From contig CM052816.1 of NCBI GenBank assembly GCA_028534125.1, forward strand, positions 24,182,001-24,246,000: DNA of 64,000 nt. The letters run 5' to 3'. Positions 37,484-52,100 of this stretch are shown piece by piece (position 1 is the stretch's first letter; every line of letters begins with the position of its first letter). The notes beneath the pieces are model-generated. The model ran no database searches and was not told the DNA's origin. It was given only the letters and a program-made list of their open reading frames with translations. The translations under genes and the position numbers were made by a program. The DNA comes from Lama glama. Lineage: Eukaryota.

Positions 37484-40400
37484 AAAAATAACTTGACCTT
37501 ATTGAGAAAAATTCTGGTGGCGAAAGGGAAGAAGATACAGACTCAAAGAAAACTGCATGTAGATGATGAGTAAGAGGTTGCAAGAGATAGTAGCAGATTA
37601 TCTATCTTCCAGGAAGTTTTCAAACATATCTCACTTCATCCTCTAAGGAAAAGCAGAAGAGAAGAGCTGAAGACATGATTGATTAGCTCAAATCTCCAAA
37701 ATGGTAAGCGGTGTTGGGGAAATACTAGAAACTTCAACCCATCCTAGAAGAGCTAAGCAACTGGGCAGTAGAGTTCAGGGGCTTCCAGAGCACCCCTGAC
37801 ACTCGAGAGTAAACCATGACAATCCACCTTAGTCCACAGACATGCACCGGACCTAAGACTCCCGCTCACCACAGAGCCCAGAATCTTTAAAACTGTGACT
37901 CAAAATCCTGTATCCGCGACAGATCTTATCTCTCTCCAGTGACACAGAAACTCATGCCAACCAATGAGGTAGTGTCATAAGAGATTGGACTCATCTGGCC
38001 AGTCTTTAATTTAGGCACTGATGTTTTTTACTCTTTACCTCCCTTCTCAGGTTCAAAAGGGATGACCACCAAAACCACAGTATTTCTGAATTCTAAAGCC
38101 AAGAAGAGTGTGGAGCTTCAGGAAAAGGAGGAACTATTACAATCATACAAAGATGGAGAACAACTCATAGGAGCAGTGCCAGCCAACAGATTAGAGAAGA
38201 AAAATTCAGCCATAGGCATCCCTTCTTCATGCCAAAATGTTGTATTTGATCTATTCCTGATGGAAAGCTTTCTACTCTCAGAAACAAGGTATGCAGCATA
38301 ATATTAACTGGAACTTTTCTTAATGATTCAGAACGATGAAGAAGTAGAAAGGAGACAGGTTAAAGACAAGTTCAGCCTATGGTCTCACTGTTCTACCCTG
38401 AGAAATCCTGATGGCCTTGCCGCAGCATTGCATTGTACAGAACCCCAGCAATGACCCCACATCCTCCTGTCAAGGTCAACACATGCTCTGTCCACCAAAG
38501 CAGGAAACAGGGAAACCAATCATAAAAAACACTGCACTCAAAACTAGGTTAAAAACGTACAATTGCATCATGGGACTAGGTTAACTATCAGTTGGAAAAC
38601 TCCCTTATTCAGGACAACTTATGCCTTGACCAGGTTAAAGAAGGCATTATTGTATGTTCTTTGTAAGGAATTTAATGTCAAGAAAAGAAAATGGGCATCT
38701 ATTTATAATCTGGGTAATAAAGAGGCATTAGAAATTGGGGCAGAACTGACAGAGGAGATAAGATTTAGGAATTAACTCCACCTGTCCCTACATTTTCTTT
38801 GTAAAATTATCACCAAAGTAAGGCTAGCATCACTATTTTAAGGGTGGAGATTAAGACATTCAAAAATCACAGTTTGTGAGATTTATTCACATTGTGATTG
38901 CTGACTTCTAGTATCAGCTTTTGTTCTGCATGACAGCTCTCGTCTTGCAAACTAGCAAGATTCCTGAATTTGGCAAGGATCCCGCTCTGTGAAGCACTTT
39001 CAAGTTAGAGCTTTTAGCAATGTCACATTTCTCCAAGCCAGTAATAAAGAAAAGGTTGAGAGGGCAAAGGATGCCACTGAGTTCTCAACTAATCTGCATC
39101 CAAGCTGGCAGATGCAGGCCAACACATCTAGGGTGATCATGACCTTTGAGTTACAAAAGTATTTTTAATCTCTTTACCTTACCAAATAACTCTGATAGAT
39201 CAAACATAATTTAGAGATCCCCACCCCCACCCTTTGCTCTATTCATTTAAAGTAGTGCTTTCTATTTGTATATATGTGACTACATGGAAAATACAGTATT
39301 TCATTTCTTGCTATGTTTAATAGTCTGTACACAAAGTGAAGCCAAAGGATGCCTTAAGAGAAATAAAAAGAAACACTACAATCATTCTAAGTAAATTTTC
39401 CAGGAGGAAGGAAGAGTGAAACATGTGATTACAAATACTTAGGAAGAAGCTTCACTTTGCCAATGGTGCAGAGCCTACAATTATGTGCAATTCCCTACTT
39501 AGACTTTTTAGTTATGCTGAACATTGAAAAAAGCTAAATGAAGGGGAGGAGAAAACAGAAAAGGGGAGATTTAAGGATTCAGTGTATGGTGTACATTTAA
39601 ATGGAGCACTTTACCATAAGGGGGCAGTTAAGAGTCTGATAATCCTGCTGGTATCCTATTGGCAAATCATTTTTTTTTTCAACCATGAATTTTGGATCCT
39701 TATAAATCTTCCTTATTATTTTGAAGTCAAGAATGGTTCCTCCTGCTCACAAAACATGATCAGTTTCCATTGATATTTTTTAATGCTCTGACTGGTTTTG
39801 CATGTGTAGAAAAGACAAATCTTCAACTATTGGAAATAAATCTTATTTTTCCTCGCTGCCAAATCAATAATATGGTCCTAGTCTATCACCATCAGATAAA
39901 TAGATGTGCCTTGCATAGCTAGACATGTGCTGTGATTTTCAGCAAGAACAAGAATGTAGTTAAAGACCCAGACTGAGACATGTTCAGAGCACATTATGAA
40001 TTCTTTCCAGTTCTATCCTAGGGTGTCCCCTGAAGCCCCAGTTTAACTGTGTGACTCACTCAGGGAGGACATCCTCCCAAACTGGGAATCTCAAGGAGGG
40101 GAGAGAAGAGGCCTTCAGGACTTGGGCCTCAGCAGGTAACAGGAAGATCACCAGATGACCAGATACGAGAAAGAGGCCAGATGGCTGCAGGGCTTTGGCC
40201 TTTACAGATCCCTGGGGTCTTCTCTACCCCTCAAACTGGAGATGAGTTTACATTAGAATTGGTGCTCTGGGGAAGGGGTCGCAAATCTGAAGATGAGCAA
40301 ACCACAGGACCACTCAGAGGCATCAGAAAATGAAGTCTAAGATTCTACAACAGCCCAGACTTTTTTTGTTGTTCCCTTTCATCATTTACAAGTAAAATGT

Positions 40401-40509
40401 GAAATAAGTGATGAGAAATAGCAGTTATATTACCTAGAGTTAAATAACATTTTCTATTTTCCCCCAACTTGTATTTAAAAAATATATTTAAAAAATTTTT
40501 TTTCTTCCA

Positions 40510-40690
40510 GAAATCCTGGGATATAAATAGGGCCAGTATTATTAGCCCTACTTTTGAGATGAGAACTGTGAGGCCCAGAAAGGGGAAGTGGCCTCCATCA
40601 GGTCATGTGGTGAATCAAAGGCAGCCCAAGGAAGACTACCCAGTTCTGCTCTTGTTTAATCCAGAACATTCACTCTATTGGCTTTAAGCA
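40510..40690 (-). mobile_element. MIR SINE
   Basis: attagccctacttttgagatgagaactgtgaggcccagaaaggggaagtg. Confidence 0.65.
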
Positions 40691-41849
40691 TCCCTTTCCT
40701 CCTTTTCCCTTTGGTGTTTCTCTTTTGAACATGATCCCTTATCAACTGTGGAGTGAGGATGGATCCACGTTCAGAGCTGCAAAGAACTGTTGTTGAAAGG
40801 TCCCCCAAGGGGACTATTTCCCTTGCTTACCTGCAAAGCCAATGTCTGAAAGTAATACGGAAGTCCCTTAGAGGCATCTGCTGGGATTCCTCCCACCCGA
40901 GGCTGCTGTAATTAGCTCTGCTAACAACTGTGATTGAACACAGCTAGTTGGAGTCACTGTTCACTGACAGGCACAGATAAGAGCCACATCTCAGCAAGTG
41001 GTGCTCTAAACGGTATTCCCTGCTTGGTTAAACTCATGTAAGGCACTTATCAGAAACACTGTTCTCAAACTCAGCTAGCAGCAGGCAGTGTCATTGCAAC
41101 ACCTTCCACAGCCCTCAGAGGAGGCCGTAACAGATCCCCAGTGAGTGTAACGCCAAGCAGTGAGAGAGACTGTCAGTTTTGACCTTGCCCAGGAACTGGA
41201 TGCCCCTCCTTCTAATGGAAAACATAAGTGTGGCCTTGCACGATTATTAGAAAAAGCAGTCTTCGTCTTCCTGATCCTTAAGACTCCCACAGTTTCAGAT
41301 CTTCCCTATAAGAACACTTGTAAGTGAAAGTTACAATGCATGGTACATTCAGCCCATGCTTTTCAGAGGCTAAGCTCTTATTAGAAGCAAAACAAAATGC
41401 TGTTTACGAACACCTGCTGGTGAGGACCGAGCCAAGAGGCAGCGTGGGTGGTGGATGGGAGGTGTTGCCCTGGCAGTAAATCCAAGTGGCTCTCACCAAA
41501 GGAAGTGTATCTAGGAAGCTATCAGAGCAAGAGGTAAATACTTAGTCATTCAACAAAAAGGACTGCTCATCTCCAACAAGAGGAAGTCTGATTTCAAAGA
41601 GCTCACAAAATGGTGGGATGGCAATTCTCTTTTCAATCCACTCTCTATTCACAATATACATTTCTTTGTTAAGAAACATGAGTCTCTGTAATCAAACCCC
41701 TGTTGACAAGGTGTTAAAGAGCTACAATTTGGCTGCTTGGTGTTATTTCAACAATAGTTTTTGCATTGTGATTCTAAATAACTTAACAAAAAAGGACCCA
41801 AATCCTTCTGTGGTCTAAAACACCCTGCTGTATATATCCTATGCCTTCT

Positions 41850-42420
41850 CATCTACTCCCCAGTGTCATGAAATTTTGGTTCTACTTCTGCAATGTTTTC
41901 TCAAATCCACCTGTTTGTTTCATTGCTCATTGCTGCTATCATACTTGAGGGCTTCATCATCTCTTTCCTACACATTGCACTAGCCTAACCTCCTCAGTGG
42001 TCTCTTCTGCCCTCCCACCACATCCCCCATCCACCTCATCACCACCACCAATTATCTTTCCAAAGTACAGCCCTGATCAGTCCACTCACAAACCTATCGT
42101 GGCTCTCCATTGCCTACAAAAATGAAAACCAATCTGCAGAACTTTTGGCAGAATCTGCAGAATTTATGGCAATAAAAGCCCTGCATCTAGCTCCCATCTA
42201 CTATACCCTTCATGTATCCTAAACTTCATCCCTTACAGATAACTTGCCCTTGAATGAAAGCACCATCACTTTGACTATACCTTTAAGCATGCCTTTCCTC
42301 CTTAAAAAAATCACCCTTTTGACTTAGCTCAAATGCCACTTCCTCCAGGAAATTTTCCACCACTTTCTTCCAGTTTAAATTAATTAATCACTCTTTTCAT
42401 CAAGTTCATATAGCACTGTA
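41850..42420 (+). mobile_element. L2 fragment; its 3' end resumes at ~43320-43470
   Basis: gacttagctcaaatgccacttcctccaggaaa; later gattataaactcc...gtattcaataaatgtctgaaaaatggatgaat. Confidence 0.65.
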
Positions 42421-42435
42421 TATATACATATATAT

Positions 42436-43310
42436 ATCTTTTTGAGATATGATTCACATACTATACAATTCACCCATATAAAGTATATGATTCAATGGTT
42501 TTTAAAAAGTCACAAAATTGTACAACCATTAATACAATTTTCAAACATTATATGAACTTTTTCCAGGACAATATAAATCTATTATGTTTTTATTTTTCTT
42601 TCTAAGGAAATAGAGAAACTAGCTTTAACTAGTTTCTAATTTATTAACCAATTTTCTAACTCATTTAACCTTTTCTCCATATGATCTAGCTTCTGTCCTG
42701 GATTCTAAGCATTTATCTTGCATTTTTTGAAAATGAAAACCAAAATTAAACATAATGCCTATATTGGCTCTGATCAGTTCTGTGTTGGCATTTTATATTT
42801 TTACCTTGTGATATTTTTTCATCTTTACCCTTAACTTGCACCTAACCTTACTGACTTCCTTTAGAAAAACATACATTCTTCCAATTTATTAAAGGCTACT
42901 TTGAAGTGAACCGAAACAAACCAAAAAAAACAAAAAAACAAACATTTTAATCACCCCTAAAAGAAATTTTGTACTCAGTAACAGTTTCTTCCCATCTCCC
43001 TTCCCACCACCTCCAGCCCTGGGTAACCACTAATCTATTTTCTGTCTCTATAGATTTGCCCATTTAGGGCATTTTATATAAATGGAATCATGCAATATGT
43101 GGTGGTTTTTGGGCCTGGCTTCTTTCACTTAGCATAATTTTTTTTAAGTTCACCAATGCTGTAGTATGTATCAGAACTTCATCCCATTTTAGTGTTGAAT
43201 AGTAGTCTGTTTATAGATATGCTACATTTTACTTATCGATTTATCAACTGATGGACATTTGGGTTTTTCAACTTTTTAGCAATTATGAATAACGCCTCAT
43301 ATACACTTTG
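42436..43310 (-). mobile_element. L1MB-like 3' end, interrupted at 42550-42938
   Basis: tttttgagatatgattcacatactatacaattcacccat...; ccagccctgggtaaccactaatctattttctgtctctatagatttgcc...aatggaatcatgcaatatgtgg. Confidence 0.85.
42550..42938 (+). other. Orphan polyadenylated retro-insert (retrocopy or orphan transduction)
   Basis: ~390 bp of non-L1 sequence, ATTAAA 42888-42893, A-rich tail from ~42914, flanked by caaacatt at 42542-42549 and 42939-42946. Confidence 0.65.
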
Positions 43311-43814
43311 ATTATCATTTAATATGTTCAGCTTAGTTTTAAAAAGTTTTGGTGTTTTGGTCTGTTTTATCAATTGATTATAAACTCCTTGTGGACTAAG
43401 ACCACTATTTTCACTCTGTAATCTCCACATAGCAAGTATTCAATAAATGTCTGAAAAATGGATGAATGGGCAGGTATTCTAGGCCCTTACTGTGCAGATT
43501 ATCATACATGATACTCAGAATAAAAACATTAGGGTAGACTTGGTAATAGTCCTGAAGTGGGCTCAGTAAGTTTACCCAATGAATTATAACATTTAAACAT
43601 TATTAGTTCTTAAATAAACTTTTATCTCTCCACTATTTCCTGGAATTCCACACATGGATACTACAGTTGAATATCTCATAGAGGCAGTTCTTTCGCTAAT
43701 AATAGTTGTGAACTAGGTAGACAGAACCTGGGAGACACCAGATTTTTTCTCCTAAATTGACTCCACAGTGTCTTATTGTTGCTCTTGGCTTGACTGAGGT
43801 TATTATTCTAATCT

Positions 43815-43995
43815 AGTGTAGTTCTCAACCTTGGCAGAGCATCTGAATCCCCCATGGAGCTTTTTCAAGATACAAATTATTTGGGTCCAACCTCCCAGAT
43901 GATGATTCTGTACTTTGGGTAGGGGCCCAGGTGCTCACATGTCCTAAAAGCTGTAAAGATGTTGCTCATACACAGCCAGGTTCAAGAATTCCTAT
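43815..43995. mobile_element. MER5-like hAT MITE
   Basis: agttctcaaccttggcagagcatctgaatcccc...gggtaggggcccagg...cagccaggttcaagaa. Confidence 0.7.
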
Positions 43996-46900
43996 TTCAA
44001 AAGTTGCCCTGAGGTTAAAAAGAACAAATTTTACAGAGCATATATGAGCACCTTTACTCCTGGAGAGTATTCCACTCATCCTGGGATCATGCCCATTAAT
44101 ACTATCTAACATTTATAAGGCCCTTTTTATTTGGAAAGAGCTTTGCGGCCATCTTTTATTAGCCAGGCTTGCATGCTGGGTGACCTTGTACAAATCACGT
44201 AATTTCTTAGTGTCTTAAATTTCCTCAAATGTAAACCGTAGGTAGTAATACTGACCCACCCTCAAGGGATACTGTGGAGACCAGTAGGGGACTGAGAGGC
44301 ACTCAGTAAACATAAAAATGTTACACGCATGCTTATTAGACAGATATGAAGTCCTAGTCACAGCCCTTTAAAATGAGACAAATACCAAAATAAACTCTTA
44401 AACAAGACTTTCTGCAACCTTCATTGTCAACTGAGAGATCTTTTCCGAGCACTAAAGTACGGTAATTCCCCCTTTCCACCTAGACTAATAAGCAGGTATA
44501 ATCTGCAGTCACAAAGAAAGACAGAGCTAATGATGGCAGCAAATAAATATATAAAACAGTCCTGAAATATAGTTTGTTAACCTTCTCATTTATCATTTGT
44601 AGTGCAATTAGAGATTATATATATATAAATACACCCTTCTGAAAAATATTCTTAGAAAACCTTTGTGCATGTTCACATAAGTCTTTAAGCTGGTGCTACA
44701 TACTCACTGTTGATGTTAAGCTTCAAGTTCTTTTCTATATTGCTGATGGATTTTCGTGGCCATATTTAGCCTCTTCTTGCCTCCCCCACGTGGCTGGAAG
44801 AATACATGGTCAAAATGAGACCTTGAGATCTATCTCAAGTTGGGAGTGGGTAAGAACGGGGAGGCAGAGGAAGAGTCTCCAATCCTGGAATCAGAGACAG
44901 GTCTCATGAGGATGATGACCCACAACTAAGGGCTCAATTGCACCATATTTTCAGCTTCTTGGAAAAGGGAGGCCAAAAACAGACATGGTTTTTCCTTTTT
45001 TTCATTTTGCTTTGAGAGGGCCACAAAATTTCAAGGGCCAGGTCTAACTACATATTCTAGTTCATTTAAAGTTGAATGGTTTCTGCGACTGAATGAGAAT
45101 TAGTTCCCTCATGTCCACCATGGCTGATTTGAGCCAGGAATCCTAAACAAGCATGACCTTCCTGGGGCCACTTGGCCTCGACCATGATCTTTCCTCTTAG
45201 GGCGCCTGAGGGTTTGGGCTACATTCCCAAGGGAAGTAGTCTACTTTGGTTACGCTCAGGACCTGCTAACAATTAAATTCTATTAAACAAATATTCACTG
45301 AGTACCTGTGTCTGTGGTTAATACTGTCGTGCTTACTGTGGAGGCTACATAGAGTTCCTTGGGAGGCTTACAGGGTTGCTCCTTGAGTCAGCACAAGACC
45401 AACAACCTCCCCACAGAGACTCCTAGGGTTTGGTCAGCCGACAGACTGATTTCCTGGGGACACTTAGACTGGCCCTCAGCAGACACCAAGTTGAAGTGTC
45501 ACTTAACTTCTCACACAGCATTTTCCTACCTGTGATATCCCATTAGACCTCCATCAGAATTCAGAAGCTCCCGTGAAAAGAGCCTCTGTGCAGAAAGACT
45601 TATTGGACAGGGAAATTTTCTGTTACAATAGTTACTGTTTTTTAAATAAGATTAATTCCAGTATGTTTCTATCTCAATGATCTTTGAGAGTCTCAGCATT
45701 TTTGCTAAACATCTTAAGGGAAGAAAGAGTTACGTAGGCTTCATTTTAATAGTTAAAAGAAATTAATGCTAATACATGCCTTCAGTGGGATTCGCTTGGT
45801 ACCCTGAACTCTTCCTTCCATCAATATGGAAAATCCCCAGAAGTATGCATAGTGGATTTTTCCTCTGTAAAGAGATGCAAATGGTTACAATCAGTTGTAT
45901 GATTTCCTCTGAGTCTTTCAAAGTCCTGTTTTCTCCATATCTCAAGGTAAGAATCTCTGCTTTGCAGATCTAGAAGCCAAGACATCAAGACTTAGTTTCA
46001 ACACCTCCCTCTATGAAACACAGGCCACTGCGTCTCAGCCCAGTGCTTTCCCTGAAATCACAAGGAAAAGTCATATATTTTAAGACAGGAGAAATCAGGT
46101 ATAATTTTCTGGTCTGGTACTTGTTTTCCATATCTTTCACAGGGGATTCTTAAGATCTTAGTATCTGAAATGAAATTTAATCATCCTTATATGTTAACTA
46201 TACCTTCTCTTTTTCAACTTCTTAAAAAAACACACAAACATACAAAAAAAAAAAATGGAGAAACACTCAACTATTTACTCATGAATCTATGACTCCGGTC
46301 ACAAAATACAATCTGGGCAAAGCCAAACAAGGCATTAGAGGGTTGAGAGACAAGGAGAATGTTGTATATCAGATCTAGAATGTTGAAATGCCCCATTTTG
46401 GTGGTTCTCATTTGTCTTCATGCAGAAAGTCAACACTGGCCTGTCATTTGTAGTAGATATTTGCCCTAGAGAAATATTTCTCTGACTGATCATGGACAGG
46501 CATTTTTAAAGAAAACTTTCACAAAACCAGATCGATAAAAAGCACCCTATTTAACAGATGTTAAAATTTTCCACTTTTAACTTTTATGTCATCTAAAAAT
46601 CCTCTTTAGAGCATCTCTTAATTTCTTTACAGGAAGATTTAAACAAGAAATCTGTTTCCTTTCTAAATACTTCTGGGTTAACAGTAATACTTCTCTCACT
46701 TGTATTTTAGTCCTGATGATTAAACACTAAAAATGCTAATTAGCAGCCTCTATCTGGAGAGAGGAAAAACTATTTCTTGATGGGCAAAATTCAAGCTGAG
46801 ATGGAGACCTCATAGGGCACTAAGATAAATGGGTTAGGTTACATGCTAAGGAGAAGCAATCAGGGGTCAAACTGACCAACTCCAGAAAGAGACTCTGTCT

Positions 46901-47269
46901 TAGTGGAAAGACTAAGCTGAGGTCAGAATGTATTAAAGATACAAGACTAAAGTTAATAAAACACAGACATTTGTTGTTAGTTGTGGGACAGAGAAAACAG
47001 GGGAAATACCCTTTGAATTTCTTTTTAACCTGGAGCTGACTTTAGACATAGAATTAACTCACATGTTAAGAAATTACCTTTATTTCTCTCCTATTTACTT
47101 TTTATTTCTGGCAAGACAATGAGTTAGAGTGAAGGGGATATTATTAGATGGGCATCCTGGGTACACTGTCCAGAATCTGCACTCATTCTTCCCGTAAGTA
47201 CACATCCGTGAGGAAGTGAAGAATGCGCCTTTCCCATTCCACATCTGTCAGTTATATGATCATTTTCTC

Positions 47270-48040
47270 ACCCACTTAAGGAAGGAAAATAACATATATC
47301 TTGTTGGAATGCTGTGAAGGTTAGAAAAGTCAATGTATGGGAAAACACTTGGAGACTAAGCAGGTAATAACAGCACTCAATACATGTTAGAATAATGAGT
47401 GAATGGGAGAAGTCAGAGATTAGTCCAGCCCCCATTGCCCACAGGCTAAAACCTATATGTTTAGCTGAGAATTCAGTGCCCTGGAAAATCTGCTCTTTCC
47501 ACTCTCCTGCCCTTTTTCTACAACTGCCCTGCTGCAGTCCAACATTCTCTAGTACATCTTGAATTTGCCCACCTTGGTGTCTCCCTGTCTTTCCCACCAC
47601 CGTCAGCCTCTATTTGCCAAAATTCTACCCATCTCTCAAGAGTCTCAAATCCCACTCTCTCCAGAAATCTTTAAGGGACTCTCCTTCTCCTCTTCTAAAC
47701 CCTGGCGACTGCCGTCTAGATCACTCTGGAAGACATAATCCACCAACCACTTATTGCCCCTGCAGACTGCAATGCACTACCCACCTCTGTGCATCACAGA
47801 CCACGGTGCCTTGCCAAGACTAGGTGCTGAATAGACTCATGATTGAATGAATGCATGATTTGTCACCCTGCCCCTGTTGTGCTCTTGGACAAAACACTTT
47901 GCCTCTTTCAGTCTCAGCTGCCTCAGCTGTGAGCAGAGGATAACAGCACGGATGTACTCCCCAGGTGTGCTGTGAAGAATAAACCAATGACTGAAAAGCA
48001 ATTTGAAAATGTAAAATGAAATGCTATATATAAATGTTAC
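47270..48040 (+). mobile_element. Cluster of MIR and L2 fragments
   Basis: gcactcaatacatgttag; taggtgctgaatagactcatgattgaatgaatg; cttggacaaaacactttgcctctttcagtctcagctgcctcagctgt. Confidence 0.55.
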
Positions 48041-48749
48041 ATAATCAAAATCATTTCCCTCTGTATTATGTTTTATTTGGCTTTATATCTTGGAATCCTT
48101 TGTGAATTTCAGAATTTCACAGATGCACACTATCCACATTAGCACCTAAATTCTCGTGGGTAATAAATGATTGTGTGTATTATAGCTCACGGCTACTTTT
48201 CCCTGGCATACTTACATGTGAATCTGTCATAATTTGGGGTATTCATAATAACTAATGATACAATTCATATCTAAAGGATAATCCATTTTTTTCCTTCTTT
48301 GGCTAGCCAGTTATCATTTCCATATTGTTGCCTCAAGGGAAATAATTTCCATTAAACTCAAAACCCAGACGATGAGCACACTGTTTAGAAGTCCAAGTCT
48401 TCTAGGAGCTTACAACATAAGACCGGGAAAGTGGTTTAGAGTTTTGAAGCACTTGTTTTTTAAGACCCTTTTTCTGTTAAATGGTAAGTCCCTCATTTGC
48501 TTTATTGTAACATATGTGCCACTAAGTGCTCACTGTAGCCTGATTTCCTAGGTATCAGGAAAGGCTGGATTAGTTCACTCCATATGAAAGCAAGGCAATG
48601 GTAGTTTTAAAAGCTATTTCCTTTCTCAATATGTTCAAGGAAGAGGTTGCCCATAGAAAAATAAAAATTTTTGAAATATCTCCAGCACCCATAAAAAGAG
48701 GATTTTGACTTTAAGTGCACAGCAGGATATTATTTCTAGACTAGTCCTT

Positions 48750-49110
48750 CCACACAGTAGAAACTGAGGAAGAGATGGCAGTGACATCATGAGGTAGTTA
48801 AGGATCAAGTGAGTCATTAGCTGAAGAGGCTCAGAACAGTGTATGGCATAAAGTAATTGCTCAATAAATATCAGAGGTTGTTATTATTGGTAGAGAGCCC
48901 ACTATCAGCCCTGCTCTGTGCTATGAGTTACATACAGCTTCTTGTTTCAGATCCACAACAAGCCACTAAGAAAAAATTTATCCCCTTCTGGCTCTGAGAA
49001 ATGAAGCTACTTGTCCAAGGTCTTAAAATCAGGAAGCAGAGGAAAGAAAATCCAACCCTTGCTCTATGGTATTTCCAGAGTCCATATTCTCTGTCCTGTT
49101 TCTTAGCAGC
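48750..49110. mobile_element. Two adjacent MIR fragments in opposite orientation
   Basis: cagaacagtgtatggcataaagtaattgctcaataaatatcag (+), then tgaagctacttgtccaaggtc (-). Confidence 0.55.
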
Positions 49111-52100
49111 CTTACTGTTCTTATTTTTTACGAAGGTTGGAGCCCATTTTCCCTCCCTGAGGACATGATCCTCCCTTCCTCCATGTCTAATTCCTAAGTG
49201 TTACTCACTTTGTTGTCAAGTTTTAAAATTAAGACTATTTTTTACCTCTTCTGGCAGACTTCTGAACAATTTGTCTTATTTTTATATCAGGCCAGTTTTG
49301 ACAATCATTCTAGCTTTTCATCCCATTTGTACACACATAGTGGCATCCATTTTTAAGAAGCTCAGCATAGTTTTCCTTCTGGGGCATGTATGAAGAAATT
49401 CCATGTTTTTGTGAAACAGAGGCTTCCCTTCCCCACCCATTTCTATTATCACGTTTTTACTTAGTTGGATCTGTGGCAATATAACTCTCACATGGGGTAG
49501 TGGCACTGTCATTCCAATGCAATGAGATATCATTGTTTTGTGGGTGGTATGACCCTGGCTGCAGATATTATGCCAGAGTTCTCTCTCTGTTACAAAAATA
49601 TCTCCTAGTTGTGGTACACAAACTAACACCATACTTTAGTTTGCCAAAAAACACCTACATGATATTGTGTAGTCTATACTGCAATTAACATTTCAAAGTG
49701 CCTTATCATTAGTTATCTCTATCTCTGTGAAATTAATCACAAGTATCACTGCAGTTTCATAGATGGGAAACTAAGGTATGGGAATGTTAATGGCTTGCTC
49801 ATGGTCTAAGAATGAACTCATAGCATAGTTGGTAACAGAATCTGCTGCTTCTGATTGCATTTCTTTGCTAAGGTCTTTAGCTCAAACTATTCAAATTCTG
49901 AATAATTTTCCAAATCGAATATATGTTGAGAGGTGGCAGACATGGGAAAGGGAAAAAATACTATTCACTTAAGTAAAGCTTCCCAAACATTTGGTAATCA
50001 AAGAATAAGGATTGTGAGGGCTGGTTTCCCTCATTTCCACTTGTAGAATGAAAGGACAGTAATCCAAAGAGATTAAAATGAATAGAAATTGCAAGCCGAA
50101 AAAGGAATTGTTCAGACCACACCATTTTCCAATTTCCACATCATTTTGTTCTCCTTTTCAGCAGTTGGTACAGCTATAAATGCCATGCACTTACAGTGTT
50201 GTGTCACCATCATCATGGTGTCCCCCTTAAGCAGATAAACACAGTGGACCAATTCTGCCACTGCTGTTTTATGGCCAAGGATGCAAAGGTAAACAGAGGT
50301 TAAGTGACTGCCAGGAGCACTCACCACATCAGCCACTCAGATTAGAACCCCTGGCTCCTATCAGTCACACCCTATTGAAATTAGAAGGTTCCAAAACACT
50401 GTTTCAGTGTCAGAGGAGGGGCAACAAGTACCTGAAGGCAAATTTGCTCACCATCCAAAAAGGGACCAGCCCTGCTTCCATGGTCCCACCTCAATCTTCT
50501 TATTCCCAAGTCATGCCACAAACTTTATCATTCCTTTGAGGGAAAGAAAATTTCTTTTGGTGAAATAAAACTAAACAAGTAACTTCCACGTTCAGATTTC
50601 CATGGTTTTTTGTTTATTTCATACAGATAGGACCATAATGAGTTCTTAGACAAGTAACAGATCTAACTTTCCCTTGTAGAATACGGGGATAGCCCCAACT
50701 CAAGAGATCATTAGGGGGACTGGCAGCAAGTGGAAAAAGTCTGTGCCTGAGTGATAAGCTCTTGTCAAGTACCAATTACAATAGAAGATGGTGTGGATAT
50801 ATGAGCGCAATCTAGATGTGCTCTTCCAATCTCATCCCTTCTATAAGGGAAAATGAGACCAGTTACTTGTCCAGGAAACCACAGTCTGTAACGTGTGTCT
50901 GAAACAAGCGGAAAACCTTGGAAAACAGGACATGGAAGTCACTCATTTAGCTCTTATTTCATGAAAAGAAATTTCTTATTTCCTTTTTTCATCATTTAAC
51001 ATAAATGCTACACCAAGTACAGTCAACAGCCAACGTTTGGCTCCTATTACCAAGGTGATTTTTAAAATAACCATTAGCATCTGTGAAAAACTTTCACAGG
51101 ATGTTAATATAATCAACACTGTCGGCAAACTTTTTCTTTAATTATATCCAGGAGTGGGGAATAAAAATCCAAGGCAATATATTTTCTCCCTTAACCCCTA
51201 TCCCAACCTAGGCAGAGAGAGTCCTTGTATATATTCCATTCACATGGTCTACATCTAATTCCTTGTGGGCAAAGGCCATCCTACCAGGCAACTTCACTAA
51301 GCAACTGTTGGAATTAGAATGGAGTGGCCTTCCTCGTCTGTACCAGTTCTTTGGTTCACTAGATGAGGCAAGGTTTAAATATGCACAATTTCTGCATCAC
51401 AAATCAATTTTGCAGGGTCTGCTAAGGACCAGACCCTGATCTTCTTGCCCCTTGACAGCCTGACTTATGGACCTTTCCCCATTAAGACAGGGAACTGAGA
51501 TGACACAATTTGAAGCTCAATCTAGGCCACAGCTCACTTCAGAGCTGCAGCCGACCCTGCTGGAGAGCGCCCTTTCACTCCTTTTCAGTGACAGGCCTTT
51601 TGCCTTCCTTCTTACCAATGACCCTCATCAGAACCTGCTCATAAAAAGTAGGCTATCCATGAAGTAGGTTCTTACAGGAGCCAGGCAGTCATTGAAATAA
51701 TACCCATAGAGGTCCATACTCCCTCACACATGATATCCTGAATAGCTACCCAGACTGAGAGACTGATAGAGACCCATACTGTGAGACTTCTGGGATCCGA
51801 GGAAGACAATGGTCAGTGACAGAAGTGTCAGGGCACCAAGGAGCTTGACCCCTCTCCTGCCATGCACACCTTCTTTGTACTAATATGGGTTGGGTGTTTC
51901 CCTGTGGCAGGTGCAGTTCCGCGCACATAGAGGCTGTTTCCTGCTCCAAGTTTAGTCTAGGGCTCGCTGACATTCTAGGCCTCAGCCTGGAAAGCAACAC
52001 CTACTCTGCTTTTTGACTCTTGATACCCATACCTCCATATGTATGTGTGCTGCAGCCAAGGGAGGGCTTAAAACCCGGTTAGAGTTTATCTGCCGAAAAA

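Noticed and set aside
42131..42172. 21-bp tandem duplication aatctgcagaa(c/t)tt(t/a)tggca
   Set aside because: Simple local slippage inside an L2 relic.
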